64,000 bases of DNA from the NCBI GenBank assembly GCA_963667015.2, contig CAXXJJ010000001.1:2592001-2656000 (forward strand), in the 5' to 3' direction. The notes beneath the pieces were generated by a model. It was not told the DNA's origin. It did not search any database and saw only the letters and a program-made list of their open reading frames with translations. Both the position numbers and the translations under genes were made by a program. Origin of the DNA: Desulfatiglandales bacterium. GTDB lineage: Bacteria; Desulfobacterota; DSM-4660; Desulfatiglandales; HGW-15. Below are positions 48,007 to 59,772 of the stretch, one piece after another (position 1 is the stretch's first letter; each line of letters opens with the position of its first letter).

Positions 48007-48842
48007 TACTTCACCTTCTTTCCTGTAAGCGATAAAAAGGCATCCTCCAGATTTACCCGCCGGAGGGTAAATCCATTGTGCCCGGCCTCTGATGATCTGG
48101 CTGCGGAATCCCTGTCTTCAAAATAGGCGGTATTTATCCCGTCATCCGTTAGCCAGTCTATGGCCCAGTTGCCTATATCGGACATCAGTTTTTCAGGAGA
48201 TTCTATTGTAACAATCCGGCCATTATCCAGGAATGCCACCCTGTCTGCCAGGAACTCGGCCTCTTCTATATAATGGGTTGTTAAAAAAATGGTGGTTCCG
48301 CCCTGTTGTATCTTTTTTATAAGCGCCCATATCCGGCGGCGGATGTTCGGGTCAAGCCCCACTGTGGGTTCATCCATAAAAAGTATCCTGGGGCTGTGCA
48401 GCATTGCCCTTGCAATCATTATCCTGCGCTTCATTCCCCCGGACAATTTTTTAACCAGGCTGTTCAACCTGTCCTCCATCTCCACATAGGCAAGGAGTTC
48501 GTTTATTCTGGCCTTACGATCCGAGGCCTTCATACCGAATAGCCTGCCGTGAATATCGAGATTTTGAAAGACTGTCAGCTCACTGTCCAGGTTGATATGC
48601 TGGGGAACCAGTCCGCACTGACGCTTAGCCTCTATGGAATCTTTGCCGATATCATAATTGTTGAGAAAGGCCTGCCCCTCTCCCGGCCTGGTAAGGCCCG
48701 TCAGTATGCGGATGGTGGTCGTTTTTCCCGCGCCATTAGGGCCGAGAAAGGCAAACAGTTCTCCTTTCCTGACGTGAAGGTCAACGCCGGCAAGGGCCTT
48801 TGTGTTTCCATATTCCTTTTTAAGGTTGTTTATTTTTATCAT
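48006..48842 (-). CDS. ABC-2 type ATP-binding protein
   Basis: GPNGAGKTT, LSGGMKRR, MDEPTVGLD, LTTHYIEEA. Confidence 0.92.
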   Translation of the reverse strand: MIKINNLKKEYGNTKALAGVDLHVRKGELFAFLGPNGAGKTTTIRILTGLTRPGEGQAFLNNYDIGKDSIEAKRQCGLVPQHINLDSELTVFQNLDIHGRLFGMKASDRKARINELLAYVEMEDRLNSLVKKLSGGMKRRIMIARAMLHSPRILFMDEPTVGLDPNIRRRIWALIKKIQQGGTTIFLTTHYIEEAEFLADRVAFLDNGRIVTIESPEKLMSDIGNWAIDWLTDDGINTAYFEDRDSAARSSEAGHNGFTLRRVNLEDAFLSLTGKKVK

Positions 48843-49017
48843 CGGGTTATCTCCGGTATACTGCTGATTATAAGCCAGAAACCACTATCAAAGCGTAATT
48901 TGTATTTTGCTTTTGTGCAGGCATTTCTCGCCTGACAGGGATTTAATGACCTGCAATCTTTAACGCAAGGCAGGTTACTATACCTGCCTTGCAAAGGGAT
49001 TTAATCACCTTGTAAAG

Positions 49018-51261
49018 TTAGAACGAATAACGCACACCTGCAGTATAAGTTCTGCCTGAAGTTGCTTCACTGCTGTAAAATTCTTCGTCTAAAATGTTAT
49101 TAATGCTGATCTGCAGAGTTGTATTTTTAATGATTTCAAAATTAAATGCTGTATTAACAACAAAAAAATCATCTTCAGAACCATACTCGCCTGTAACACT
49201 GTCCGGAGACTGGCGTTCACTTACATACTGGCTCTCAAGCAGGGCATTCCATCGATCTTCTTTGTAGGAAACCCCTGCATGCAGTATATGCTCAGGAATA
49301 TCATAATTGTCAGTCGAATTTGCTGTAAGGTTGGTGTCGGTTACTTCATCCAGTTTAACCTTGCCTTTTTGCCAGGCATAGTTTAGATATGCCTCAAATG
49401 CATCAGTAAACATGTGTCTGAGATCAAGTTCTACACCGTAACGTTTTTCAGTCCCATGATTTTCATATCTTTTATATTCTGCAGTTGTTGTTCCGGATGT
49501 GTAATGTGTTGTATAAATTATTTTGTCTTCGGTTTTAACACTGTATAGTGATATCCCTAAATTAGTTTTAGAAAATAATTTTTTTTTCATACCTATTTCA
49601 TAGGTGTCAGATACTTCCGGATCTAAATCAGGATTAGCTATGACATCTCCCATATCTCCGCCACCGTCACGATAAATCTGATATAAGGGCGGAGGATTAA
49701 AGGAATGCCCGTAAGATGCATAATAATTGGTATTAAGGCCAGCCTTATATTCTAAAGCGACCTTTGGACTCAACTCCGAATAATCTCCTTCTCCATGATC
49801 AATACTTCTTTCAAAGCTGCCGTTTTCATTTATATAACGGGAATAACCGTCATATTTTTTATAATGATCGTATCGCAGGCCAAGGTATATGTTTAAAGGA
49901 TCTAAAATTTTATATTCTTCCTGGATAAAGACTGCAAGGTTTCTTGCCTTGCCGCCGTGTTTTTCATACAGGCCGTATTCACTGTTCACCGAGCTGTGGT
50001 CTTTCCAGTTATCCAGATAAGATCTTCTCTGGTCAAATGATTCCTGCTTGGAATTAAGTCCTATTACGATAGTATGATTACCAATGTTTTCCCAGGCCTT
50101 TTGAAGGTCTAAATTATAGGTTTTGCTGGGATAAAAAGAATCTGTACCTGCTCCGGTCCAGTCAATATCTGTAGGACTGGAAGGACTGCTGTAACCATCA
50201 CGCTTAGTGTCAGTCAATCCAAGGTTGAGAACGATTTTATTTTTGTTATCTTTAAAGTTAAGGGTATGCAGGTTTGTCTCACGTTTACCTTCGTACCCTA
50301 AAAATCTGCTTGGAGAAAGGGTTACCCTGGTTCCATCCTGTGTCATGACTGTACCGCTAAATACCTGATTGCCATCTTCATCATAAACATAGCTGAAGGG
50401 ATTGTTATAGGAATAGACGTTTTCACTGGACATGAAAGAGTATTTTATTGATCTGTATTCATCAAAAATATATTTTGCGTTAAACGAATAACTTTCATTT
50501 TCCCAGTCTTTTTCACCTCGTCCGCCAACAACATAATATCCATTACTCAATTTAGGCAGAACCGCTTCATAATCAGCAGAAGTGGCGCTTCTACCGCTTA
50601 AAGAACGGTAATATCCCCTAAAGCCGTCGGAAGATCTGTTCTCATAGCCTGCGCCAATGGATATTTTATTATTAACCATCGCATCTATCTTTATTGATTT
50701 TTTCCAGGTGTCATTGCTGCCGTAAGAAACTGCGGCATCAAGGCTGACAGGTTTTTTATTATCTTTGGTAATAATGTTAATAACAGCCCCTACCGCACGT
50801 CCGCCATATAAAGAAGACGCAGCACCACGCAGAAACTCAATGCGTTCGATGCTTTCAACAGGCACTAACTCCCAGTTCATACCATTGTTGTATCCTGAAT
50901 TTATCGGCTGGCCATCTATCAGTACCAGAATATCGGTGCTGTCAAAACCGCGAACCATTATTCCACCCTGTGCAGACTGATCCATAAAAACACCGGCTGA
51001 CATCTGCAGGGCCTCGGTAACTGAATTAACGTTTTTGTCCTCAATTTCCCGGGCAGTAACCACGCTGATGCTGGCCGGAACATCCTGAATTACCTTTGTT
51101 GTTCTGGTTGCGGTTACAACTATTTCGTCAAAAGTGAATTCCTCTTCTTCTTCAGCAGATACAGCAGACCACCAACAGATGATATTGCAGCAAAGTACCG
51201 CAATTATCAAAAAACCTTTTCCAAATTCTTTTTTAAGCATAATGGTAAAAAAAACCTCCAT
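49018..51261 (-). CDS. TonB-dependent receptor (BtuB/CirA-like)
   Basis: FDEIVVTATRT, IERIEFLRGAASSLYG..AVGAVINIITK, NPDLDPE, NNILD...GRTYTAGVRYSF. Confidence 0.92.
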   Translation of the reverse strand: MEVFFTIMLKKEFGKGFLIIAVLCCNIICWWSAVSAEEEEEFTFDEIVVTATRTTKVIQDVPASISVVTAREIEDKNVNSVTEALQMSAGVFMDQSAQGGIMVRGFDSTDILVLIDGQPINSGYNNGMNWELVPVESIERIEFLRGAASSLYGGRAVGAVINIITKDNKKPVSLDAAVSYGSNDTWKKSIKIDAMVNNKISIGAGYENRSSDGFRGYYRSLSGRSATSADYEAVLPKLSNGYYVVGGRGEKDWENESYSFNAKYIFDEYRSIKYSFMSSENVYSYNNPFSYVYDEDGNQVFSGTVMTQDGTRVTLSPSRFLGYEGKRETNLHTLNFKDNKNKIVLNLGLTDTKRDGYSSPSSPTDIDWTGAGTDSFYPSKTYNLDLQKAWENIGNHTIVIGLNSKQESFDQRRSYLDNWKDHSSVNSEYGLYEKHGGKARNLAVFIQEEYKILDPLNIYLGLRYDHYKKYDGYSRYINENGSFERSIDHGEGDYSELSPKVALEYKAGLNTNYYASYGHSFNPPPLYQIYRDGGGDMGDVIANPDLDPEVSDTYEIGMKKKLFSKTNLGISLYSVKTEDKIIYTTHYTSGTTTAEYKRYENHGTEKRYGVELDLRHMFTDAFEAYLNYAWQKGKVKLDEVTDTNLTANSTDNYDIPEHILHAGVSYKEDRWNALLESQYVSERQSPDSVTGEYGSEDDFFVVNTAFNFEIIKNTTLQISINNILDEEFYSSEATSGRTYTAGVRYSF

Positions 51262-51372
51262 GCCCGAAATAAAAAACCCCGGGCCAATTTATAAAAATAA
51301 TTGATCTAGGGATCCCTGATTTTTCCGCAGAATCTTTGGCATTCTCCTGTCCCTGAGAATGGCCGGTCCAAT

Positions 51373-51530
51373 AATCAAGGCAGGTCTTCTGACTCTCGGT
51401 TCATCCTACTTGCTGTGCCTTCCCAGCTTTATAGCCAGTGGCATAATACAGCTTTCGTCACCGAATACAGCGGCGGGTCCGTTTCCGATTTGCACGGAAT
51501 TCCCTATTAAGTCCTTTGGGACACCTGATT
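51373..51530 (-). promoter_or_regulatory. Cobalamin riboswitch
   Basis: AATAGGGAATTCCGTGCAAATCGG...CCCGCCGCTGTA...GCCACTG...TGGGAAGG...GAGTCAGAAGACCTGCC. Confidence 0.95.
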
Positions 51531-51595
51531 AATATATATTTTTAAAAATCAATAAATACTTTTTTAACACCATGATAGTGAATCAGGGATAAGCC

Positions 51596-52642
51596 TTATT
51601 TGTTATTTGCCGCCTTCTCCCTTACCAGGTGAATATTATCGGTAATTTCCATCAAAGGCTGTCTTCTGACCCGGTGGGGAAGTGCAAGCTCAGCAGCGGT
51701 TCTTACATCTTCCGGTGTTACCTTATCCCTACCCTCATAGGCGGCTATGGTCCTGGCTGTTTTAAGCATGATTATATCTCCCCTGTGGCCGTCTACACCT
51801 ACTTCTATACAGTATCGCGCTATTTCATATAAAAGTTCTTTTTCGGCAATAACTTCGGAATAAATCGCCTTTGCCCTCATGATTTTTTCGGAGATCTTCT
51901 TTGACTCATCCGCCCACTTTGCAACAAATGCCTCAGGATTGTCATCAAAGGCAGCCCTTCTTTCCATGACCTGTACACGCAAATCTGTTGAGGCAATACC
52001 CTCAATATTGACACACAGGCCAAAACGGTCAAGCAGTTGGGGGCGAAGTTCTCCCTCTTCAGGGTTCATTGTGCCTACCAGTGTGAATCTTGCAGGGTGG
52101 GAAAAACTGATTCCTTCTCTTTCAATGCTGTTGACTCCCATGGCTGCAGAATCAAGGAGGACATCCACAACATGGTCATCAAGGAGATTAACCTCATCAA
52201 CATAAAGCAGGCCCCTGTGTGCCTCTGCAAGAAGGCCGGGCTCCACACGCTTTTCTCCTTTCTTTAATGCATGCTCAAGATCCATTGTCCCCACAACCCT
52301 GTCTTCAGTTGCTCCAAGGGGTAATTCCACAACCTTGACCTTGCGTGAAAGTACACTGGGAAGTTTTATTTCCTTATTTTCCATGCTGTTAAGGATTGTT
52401 GCCAGTTTAAGGTATATGTCATCTTCTTCGCCGGGAGAAAGATGAAATGGATCATTCTCAAAGACCTCAATTTCCGGTAAAATATCCGCAAGTGCCCTCA
52501 CTGCAGTTGATTTGGCAGTGCCTTTTTCTCCACGAATAAGCAGTCCTGAAAGACCTGGGTTGATAACATTGAGTATCAGTGCAAGCTTCATTTTTTCCTG
52601 GCCGACTATGGCCGCGAATGGGTAAATTTGTATTGATTTCAT
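51596..52642 (-). CDS. Chelatase AAA+ subunit ChlI/BchI-like
   Basis: [46 protein letters not shown]. Confidence 0.92.
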   Translation of the reverse strand: MKSIQIYPFAAIVGQEKMKLALILNVINPGLSGLLIRGEKGTAKSTAVRALADILPEIEVFENDPFHLSPGEEDDIYLKLATILNSMENKEIKLPSVLSRKVKVVELPLGATEDRVVGTMDLEHALKKGEKRVEPGLLAEAHRGLLYVDEVNLLDDHVVDVLLDSAAMGVNSIEREGISFSHPARFTLVGTMNPEEGELRPQLLDRFGLCVNIEGIASTDLRVQVMERRAAFDDNPEAFVAKWADESKKISEKIMRAKAIYSEVIAEKELLYEIARYCIEVGVDGHRGDIIMLKTARTIAAYEGRDKVTPEDVRTAAELALPHRVRRQPLMEITDNIHLVREKAANNK

Positions 52643-54660
52643 TTTGTGAGTCCTTTTGTTATGTCTACAAGTGTTTTTGCCTTAAGATCATCGATTTTAA
52701 AATAGTCCGCATTAAGATGAACAGCCAGCTGCTCGGCAAGGCCGAAGGAGACAATTCCTTTTTCTTCCGTATCCACCACTATATAGCGAACACGTTCATC
52801 CATTGCCATTGCCGAAGCCAGTTTCATTGATTCGTTTACCGGCTTTTCATCGCCTATAGCTACATTGCTTTTACCGTCCGTAATCAAAATAACAATCGGT
52901 TTGGCAGAAGGGTCCTTTAATAGGACATTGCGTACCTGCTCCGTACTTTTTACAAGCCCGGCAGATAAAGGGGTTCTGCCGCCCACCGGGAGTTCGGTAA
53001 GAAGTTTCCCGGCCAGGTCAACCGATGTTGTCGGGGGAAGGTTGACTACAGCCTCATTTTTCCTGAATGAAATCATGGCGACCTTGTCCCTTTTCTGATA
53101 CGCATCAAGCAGAAGCGACATTACAGCTCCTTTGGACGCAACCATACGCCCCCTGGCCCCGATTGACCCGCTTGCATCAACCACAAAAAACAGATAATTG
53201 CCTATGCGTTTTTCACGTATTTTTCCTCGCAGATCCTGCTTTTCGAGTACAATACGCATCCCATTATTATTGCTTCTTCTTTTCTGGTATGGCGCTGCGG
53301 CCCTGAGTGTTGCATCAACTGCAATATCATTGTGTCTCGGTTCAAGGCTGCTTTTTATATAGCGTCCCTGTTTTTGAGATACCCTTGTACGTGATCTCCT
53401 GCCTGATCCCCTTCTGAAGATACGATCTTTTTTAGATGTTATCTGCCTGGTTCTGAATGTCTCCCCAATATCAAAAACCTGGTCTTCCCTCTGCATGGGT
53501 GACTGGGAAGGCTGTTCCTCTTCATGACTGTTATCAGGCTCCTGTTCCATGGTTTCAGGAGGCCTGTTATCTCTCTGCTCTTCCTCTTTTTCAGGCTGCT
53601 CCTCCTGTTCTTTCTCTTTATCAACTTCCGGGGAATCATCCCGGTCGTGATCCTGATCATTTTCATCAGGTTCAGACGGCGGGGGAGGGGGGGGAGGCTG
53701 TGCATCCCTTCTTCTGTGAAGGAGGACCATAGGTGCTACCTGCCGGATATGATCAACCGTTACCTCATCCACGCCCTGAAATGCCGCAAGTGCAATTGCT
53801 GCCTGTTCCATTACAATATCAGCACGGTGACCGGCAACATTATTTTCCGTGCAGAGCTCCGTTATAAAGCTCCTTAAATACCCCGGTATCCGAGTTACTG
53901 CGAGCCTTTCCTTTGCCTTTTCTATCTGTTTGGCAATCTTATTGTTTTCATCTGCCGCAATGGCGATGAAGCCTTTAGGGTCTGCATCAAACTCATCCCT
54001 TTTTTGCATGAGTCTGACACGATCATCGGGTTCTCTGGATGCCGCTATCTCAACACACAATCCAAAACGATCCAGTAACTGGGGTCTCAGTTCTCCTTCT
54101 TCCGGATTCATTGTCCCTACAAGTATAAAGCGTGCCGGATGCCTGAAGGAGATACCTTCTCTTTCTATAATATTTTCACCGGAGGCCGCTGAGTCCAGAA
54201 CAATATCAACCAGGTTGTCATCAAGAAGGTTGACCTCATCAATATAAAGAATACCTCGGTTGGCTGATGCAAGGAGACCCGGCTGGAGCACCCTTTTGCC
54301 GTCCCTGACCGCGATTGAAAAGTCTATTCCCCCTGAAACGCGGTCTTCTGTAGCATTTAAGGGAAGATTTACTACACGGACTTTTCGGGATGAGCTTTTT
54401 ATACTGTCTTTTGATCTCGCCATGCAGTTGTCGCAGCCGGATTCAGGGTGCCCGGGATGGCATGAATAGGCACAGTCACTGACAACCTCTATATCCGGCA
54501 ACAGGGTGGCCAGGCCCCTCACTGCTGTTGATTTTGCAGTGCCCTTTTCACCGCGAATAAGGATTCCGCCTATTGCAGGGTTTACAGCATTAAGTAAAAG
54601 ACCAAGCTTAAGGGTCTCCTGACCTATAATAGCTGAAAAAGGATATACGTTACGATGCAT
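52639..54660 (-). CDS. Chelatase subunit ChlD/BchD-like (AAA+, acidic Pro linker, VWA)
   Basis: AAA motifs, PPPPPPP plus acidic linker, VVDASGS MIDAS, GGRTPL, ITDGK. Confidence 0.92.
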   Translation of the reverse strand: MHRNVYPFSAIIGQETLKLGLLLNAVNPAIGGILIRGEKGTAKSTAVRGLATLLPDIEVVSDCAYSCHPGHPESGCDNCMARSKDSIKSSSRKVRVVNLPLNATEDRVSGGIDFSIAVRDGKRVLQPGLLASANRGILYIDEVNLLDDNLVDIVLDSAASGENIIEREGISFRHPARFILVGTMNPEEGELRPQLLDRFGLCVEIAASREPDDRVRLMQKRDEFDADPKGFIAIAADENNKIAKQIEKAKERLAVTRIPGYLRSFITELCTENNVAGHRADIVMEQAAIALAAFQGVDEVTVDHIRQVAPMVLLHRRRDAQPPPPPPPSEPDENDQDHDRDDSPEVDKEKEQEEQPEKEEEQRDNRPPETMEQEPDNSHEEEQPSQSPMQREDQVFDIGETFRTRQITSKKDRIFRRGSGRRSRTRVSQKQGRYIKSSLEPRHNDIAVDATLRAAAPYQKRRSNNNGMRIVLEKQDLRGKIREKRIGNYLFFVVDASGSIGARGRMVASKGAVMSLLLDAYQKRDKVAMISFRKNEAVVNLPPTTSVDLAGKLLTELPVGGRTPLSAGLVKSTEQVRNVLLKDPSAKPIVILITDGKSNVAIGDEKPVNESMKLASAMAMDERVRYIVVDTEEKGIVSFGLAEQLAVHLNADYFKIDDLKAKTLVDITKGLTK

Positions 54661-54669
54661 GTCTTGTCT

Positions 54670-57600
54670 CTACTCTGTCCATTCTTCTATTTCACCTTCC
54701 ATATCCAGGTATGCTTCCCGGAGTTTTTCCAGCATTTCTTCTTCCGCATTCCACATACCCCTGCCTGCGGCTTCCAGCAGTTTATCAAGGATATTCTGCA
54801 GTGCGTAGGGATTGACCTCTTTCATCCATTCCTGCATTTCAGAATCAAGGGCATATGATTCGGCTATTTTAACATACATCCAGTCATCAATGACTTCTGC
54901 TGTTGCATCCCATCCTAAAACAACATCCATCATATGGGAGATGTCGCCTGCTCCTTTGTACCCGTGCCGTTTCATGCCTTCAAGCCACTTGGGATTAACG
55001 AGCCTGGACCTTAATACATGTTTTGCCTCTTCAAATGTGGTGCGCATCTTTACACGGGAAGGATCGGAACTGTCACCCATCATTGCAAAGGGCAGTTTTC
55101 CTCTCACCGATTTTACTGCAACTATCATCCCGCCGTAGTAGTTGTAATAATCCGTGCAGGACATCATGTCATATTCCCTGGAATCCTCGTTTTTAACTGT
55201 TACATCCATTCGTGAAAGCTGGCGGCGATAGGCTTCGGGCTTTTGTTTGCCGTAACTGCCTTTTCCATAGGCATGTGATGAATACCGGATATAATTATTG
55301 CCAAGGTCCTCCTGTGTCTTCCAGCTCTTTGATTCCACGAGTTCGGCAACACCTGCTCCATAGGCGCCGGGCGGGCAGCCGAAGACCCTGAAGGACGCCT
55401 CCCGGAATGCATCTTCCTCATTCATGCCTTCCTTCAGATATTCATCCATATCCTTATAGATGTTTCTGCGCAGAAAATTTGATTCGGGCGGTTCATTAAG
55501 GGCAGCTACCATTCGGACTGCTTCATCGATTCTTTCTACAATGTTCGGGAATGAATCCCTGAAAAAACCGGAAATACGGGGGACAACATCCAGCCTGGGT
55601 CTTTTAAGCTCCTCCATTGGAATTACTTCAAGACCCATGACATTTCCGCTGCTCTCAGACCAGACAGGTTTAAGCCCCATAAGATAATATATCTCGGCTA
55701 TATCGTCTCCCCTTGTCCTCATTGTTGCGGTTCCGTATACAAGTATTCCGATACTTTCCGGATATCTGCCAGACTCTTCAAGATAACGTTCAAGAAGTGC
55801 CTCTCCCAGTTTAATACCCACTTCCCATGCCGCGGGGCTTGGTATCTTGTTGGGATCTACCGAATAAAAATTTCTTCCGGTGGGGAGTATGTCCGCCTGT
55901 CCCCTTGTGGGAGCACCTGAAGGGCCGGGGGGAACAAACCCTCCTGAAAAGCCGTCAAGGCTGGATTTGATTTCATCTCTGCATTTATCAATGTTGGGTA
56001 CAAGGGTATCTGCAATATATTTTAATGCCTTTTCCACATGTACAGGCTGATTCTTTATGTTTTCAACTGCAATCCGGCCTGCTTCATCCGCCTTGAAACC
56101 TGCCTCAGACAGCCTGCCTATAATGTCAAGGGCCGTATTATGTGCTTCACGAAGGATTTCTCCGCCTGTCCTGTTGTTAAAGTGTGGAAGAATTTTACCA
56201 CGGTTTGCAATCAGCTCATCATAATCATGACCCATTGATGAAACAATTGCCTCACGGAGGCTGGGGACAGAGCCATTCGGTATCCTTGTAAGCTGTGCCA
56301 GAAATTCGGTAAGCCTGTCTCCCTCAGGGGGTGTTCCAAGGATATGGAGCCCGTCATTTATCATTGTGTCCGAAAGCTCATGCAAATAAGAGTGAAGCTT
56401 TTCCAGAAAAGCATCAAAATCATTTAATGCTGTTTCTTCATCTATCTCAAGGTCCTTGTCCAGGCTGGCGGCAGCGACTGCCTCCCAGATCATGGGTTTT
56501 AATACATCAACTTTGGCCGGGTCTTCCCTTTCTGCGCTCCTGAAGTCAGTGAGCAGGTTTTCCACCTTGCCCAGGTCATCATAGAGATCTGCGTTTGTAA
56601 ATACCGGCGTAAGGTGATCAATAATACAGGCATAGGACCTGCGTTTTGCCTGGGTCCCTTCTCCCGGATCATTAATAATGTAGGGGTATATGTTGGGAAG
56701 TTCCATTATGGATAGGTCAGGATAACATTCTTTTGAAAGCCCGAGGGCCTTTCCGGGAAGCCATTCAAGGGAGCCGTGTTTTCCAACGTGCATGACTGCA
56801 TGGGCCTTGAATACGTCCCGTATCCACCTGTATTGTGCAAGGTACAGGTGGGGTGGCGACAGGTACATGTCATGGTATATCTTGTCTATATTTTCAAAGT
56901 ATCCCCTGGGAGGCTGTACCGAAATAAATATGTTTCCATTATACATCCCTGCAAAATGCATCTTCCCGTCATGGACAAAAAGATCTCCGGGCATTTCTCC
57001 CCAGTCGGCTACCATCTTATCACGGTTTTTCGTGGGAACTTCCTCATGCCATGGCAAAAAATCATCCGGGCCTGCATGGGCCTCAGCCCTTTCTGCAAGT
57101 TTCTCCGGTGTAAGCCACCTCCGGTCTGATGTAAGGCGTGAGAGTATTTCATGGGAAACCTCTGTTCCATTCTCAAAGGTTCGCTCCACTCCGTATCCTT
57201 TATCCTTCATGTTGTCGATAAGGACCTTAACGCTCTCAAAACTGTCAAGACCTGCAGCACATCCTATACGGTCATTCCTCGGCGGATAATGGTGAAATAC
57301 TATTGCGATCCTGCGCTCATTAACAGGTGTCCGGTTGAGTCTGCCCCAGTTCAGGGCCAGCCTGACTGCTTTATCAACTCTTTCCCGTATGGGCTTGTAT
57401 TTGGCGAGAAGTGCACCTGTTAATGGATCTATGGCTTCCTGTTCCCTTGTAGCTACCGGGACGGTAATAAGGGCGCCGTCAAACTCGGGCTGTGCTGCAG
57501 AGTAGGAAACATCCATTGTGGGAAGCCCCTGGATACTTTCCTTCCATTGGGCGTAAGGTGAAGAGCATGTCATTGCCTGGATAACCGGGACATTGAGCCG

Positions 57601-58440
57601 CGCCAGGAGCCCCTTGTATTCCGGTGCGGCCATACTCAGGGAAAACATGAGCGGATTAACAAGCACATCTATCCTTGGTTTTCCATTTTCCATAAAATAA
57701 TGGTCAACTACATAATCTGCTCCGTTATTACCGAGTTCCAAATCTTTATACCTGTGATGAAATACAGGTATGACATTGGCCCCCTGCTCTTCGATGGAAC
57801 GGATTATGGCATCAATAAAGGCCAGATTGTTGTTAAGCCAGTAGGTCTGGTAAAACCAGAGGCCTGCAGTAGGTTTATCCGGATCGACCTTTTCGTTTAA
57901 GTAATGTTCAATGGTTGGAATCCCCGGAAGGTCAGGGTGGTATATACCTTCAAAGGGGAGCGCAACAGGTGCCCTGCACTCTTCATGTTCCTGGAACAGG
58001 CGGTTATACAGATAGATCAGCATCTGGTGATAATTTATATGCCCGCCGTAGCTGATATAGCGATGAAAATCATCCCACACAGGTGTCCCGAAGTCACTGG
58101 AAAGATCCCTTGTGGCTTCAATAGAGTCTTCATCTCCCCTTGTGGGCTGAATATAGATATAAGGTTTTATTCTCTCAGCCGGGAAAGACTCCAGTGTTTC
58201 CATAAGCATGTCAAATGCCGGGAATGAAGGTTTGCCCCCGTGAAGGGTAATAATCAATGCATCCGATTCCATGGCGTGATTTATAAAGTCTCTTTGGCGG
58301 GCCTTGTCAAAGAGCTGTGTCTGCGTTCGAGCATGAACCGTGATTTTGCCGCCCATGACCTGATACTGACGGATACCTTCGCTCAAAGAAGGCATCTCTG
58401 TTGCTGTAGCTGAAAAATATGCCAGAGTGTAATGTTTCAT
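54670..58440 (-). CDS. cobN: Cobaltochelatase CobN (paralogue 2)
   Basis: QPEFDG, QPPRG, HVGKHGSLEWLPGK, DPGEGTQAKRR, LPTGRNFY, NPKWLEGMKRHGYKGA. Confidence 0.92.
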   Translation of the reverse strand: MKHYTLAYFSATATEMPSLSEGIRQYQVMGGKITVHARTQTQLFDKARQRDFINHAMESDALIITLHGGKPSFPAFDMLMETLESFPAERIKPYIYIQPTRGDEDSIEATRDLSSDFGTPVWDDFHRYISYGGHINYHQMLIYLYNRLFQEHEECRAPVALPFEGIYHPDLPGIPTIEHYLNEKVDPDKPTAGLWFYQTYWLNNNLAFIDAIIRSIEEQGANVIPVFHHRYKDLELGNNGADYVVDHYFMENGKPRIDVLVNPLMFSLSMAAPEYKGLLARLNVPVIQAMTCSSPYAQWKESIQGLPTMDVSYSAAQPEFDGALITVPVATREQEAIDPLTGALLAKYKPIRERVDKAVRLALNWGRLNRTPVNERRIAIVFHHYPPRNDRIGCAAGLDSFESVKVLIDNMKDKGYGVERTFENGTEVSHEILSRLTSDRRWLTPEKLAERAEAHAGPDDFLPWHEEVPTKNRDKMVADWGEMPGDLFVHDGKMHFAGMYNGNIFISVQPPRGYFENIDKIYHDMYLSPPHLYLAQYRWIRDVFKAHAVMHVGKHGSLEWLPGKALGLSKECYPDLSIMELPNIYPYIINDPGEGTQAKRRSYACIIDHLTPVFTNADLYDDLGKVENLLTDFRSAEREDPAKVDVLKPMIWEAVAAASLDKDLEIDEETALNDFDAFLEKLHSYLHELSDTMINDGLHILGTPPEGDRLTEFLAQLTRIPNGSVPSLREAIVSSMGHDYDELIANRGKILPHFNNRTGGEILREAHNTALDIIGRLSEAGFKADEAGRIAVENIKNQPVHVEKALKYIADTLVPNIDKCRDEIKSSLDGFSGGFVPPGPSGAPTRGQADILPTGRNFYSVDPNKIPSPAAWEVGIKLGEALLERYLEESGRYPESIGILVYGTATMRTRGDDIAEIYYLMGLKPVWSESSGNVMGLEVIPMEELKRPRLDVVPRISGFFRDSFPNIVERIDEAVRMVAALNEPPESNFLRRNIYKDMDEYLKEGMNEEDAFREASFRVFGCPPGAYGAGVAELVESKSWKTQEDLGNNYIRYSSHAYGKGSYGKQKPEAYRRQLSRMDVTVKNEDSREYDMMSCTDYYNYYGGMIVAVKSVRGKLPFAMMGDSSDPSRVKMRTTFEEAKHVLRSRLVNPKWLEGMKRHGYKGAGDISHMMDVVLGWDATAEVIDDWMYVKIAESYALDSEMQEWMKEVNPYALQNILDKLLEAAGRGMWNAEEEMLEKLREAYLDMEGEIEEWTE

Positions 58441-58442
58441 TA

Positions 58443-59699
58443 TTATAGGCTTTCCTGTGACTGTGTGATGGATGGAGCGCTCTCTGTATATAAGGGAATA
58501 TCTTTATCCAGTGTCTTGAGAAGATGAGATGTATCGCTCAATTTTATCAGGCCGTTATTGGAGATGTTCAACATTGATTCACGTTCCTGGCCTGCAAGGC
58601 TTAACACTTTTTTTCCTTTTTCCAGGGCTGCGGCCAGGATTTCTAGGTTTCCCCGGTTCATGTCTTTAATGGAAAATCCGCTGTCAATTACAATATGACA
58701 ATTCTCCATTTCCTTTACTGCTCTGGAAACAGTTACATCATCGATTGCCTCCATTGGATCAATTGTTGTGCAGTTAACTCCTAGTGACCTTGCAACATAG
58801 TAATCAAGATCATTTGTGTGAATGACACCTGAGCTTATGGAGTATCCACGTTTTGCCAGCAGGCGGTAAATCGGTGCACCGGTTCCCATTCCGGCTATAA
58901 CAAATGCCTTTCCATTGCTTCCGTCTCCACGCATCTCTATGCTTCCCAGTTTACGGTCAAACTCCGCATTTTTAAAGTCATAAAGATCTGTTACAGTGCT
59001 GTTGGTGAGAATAGTCTCGGGCGGACCATATGCTGATATTTTTCCGTCTTTAACAAGGGCAACGTGATCAGATACCTTTGCCGCAACATCTACATCATGA
59101 AGAGATGCAATAACTGTAATTCCCCTGCGCCGGCACTGGTCTCTGAGTATGGACATTACTTCTATTCTGTGTTTAAGATCCAGATGAACTGTCGGCTCAT
59201 CCAGCATCAGGATAAGAGGCTGCTGTGCAAGAGCCCTTGCTATTATGACCTTTTGTCTTTCACCATCGCTGAGATCAGAAAAAAAACGATTTGCCAGGTG
59301 TGCTGCATGTACCGATAAAAGGGCATTTTTGATTTCCCGTTGGTCTTCAGAAGTTAAATGGCCCAGAAAGTTTGTGTGCGGATAACGGCCAAGGGAAACA
59401 AACTCGAATACTGTAAAAAGGGGAGGGGATACTTTATCAGTCAGGACCACTGCCACTATTTTTGCAAAATCCATTGGACTGTATGAATCAAGGGGCCGTC
59501 CCATTAGATGAACATGTCCTGACAAAGGGTCGAGGTGGCGTGAAAGAGTGCGCAGGAGCGTAGTCTTCCCTGCGCCATTAGGGCCCAGGAGTGATATGAA
59601 TGCTCCTTTTTCAAGAGCAAGTTCAATATCCTTTAAAATAACCTTATCCTTATAGCCCACAGCAAGTTTCCTGCAGGTAAATACTGAATTGTCTGTCAT
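58443..59699 (-). CDS. ABC ATP-binding protein (FepC/BtuD-like) with C-terminal extension
   Basis: GPNGAGKTT, LSDGERQK, LDEPT, SLHD. Confidence 0.9.
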   Translation of the reverse strand: MTDNSVFTCRKLAVGYKDKVILKDIELALEKGAFISLLGPNGAGKTTLLRTLSRHLDPLSGHVHLMGRPLDSYSPMDFAKIVAVVLTDKVSPPLFTVFEFVSLGRYPHTNFLGHLTSEDQREIKNALLSVHAAHLANRFFSDLSDGERQKVIIARALAQQPLILMLDEPTVHLDLKHRIEVMSILRDQCRRRGITVIASLHDVDVAAKVSDHVALVKDGKISAYGPPETILTNSTVTDLYDFKNAEFDRKLGSIEMRGDGSNGKAFVIAGMGTGAPIYRLLAKRGYSISSGVIHTNDLDYYVARSLGVNCTTIDPMEAIDDVTVSRAVKEMENCHIVIDSGFSIKDMNRGNLEILAAALEKGKKVLSLAGQERESMLNISNNGLIKLSDTSHLLKTLDKDIPLYTESAPSITQSQESL

Positions 59700-59772
59700 G
59701 TTTTAACCTGAAAAAGATAATTTTTAAAAAAAACGTTTTTCTCCGTGTTCTCTGTGGTGCATAATTATTTTT

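Noticed and set aside
48842..49018. RiPP precursor for the SPASM enzyme
   Set aside because: No ORF with an RBS and precursor-like composition; only a hairpin (GCAAGGCAGGT/ACCTGCCTTGC)
53676..53700. G-rich tract as a phase-variation or G-quadruplex signal
   Set aside because: Encodes the normal polyproline linker of ChlD-type subunits
51596..54660. Magnesium chelatase implying (bacterio)chlorophyll synthesis
   Set aside because: Adjacent to cobN under a B12 riboswitch, with no photosynthesis genes in the window
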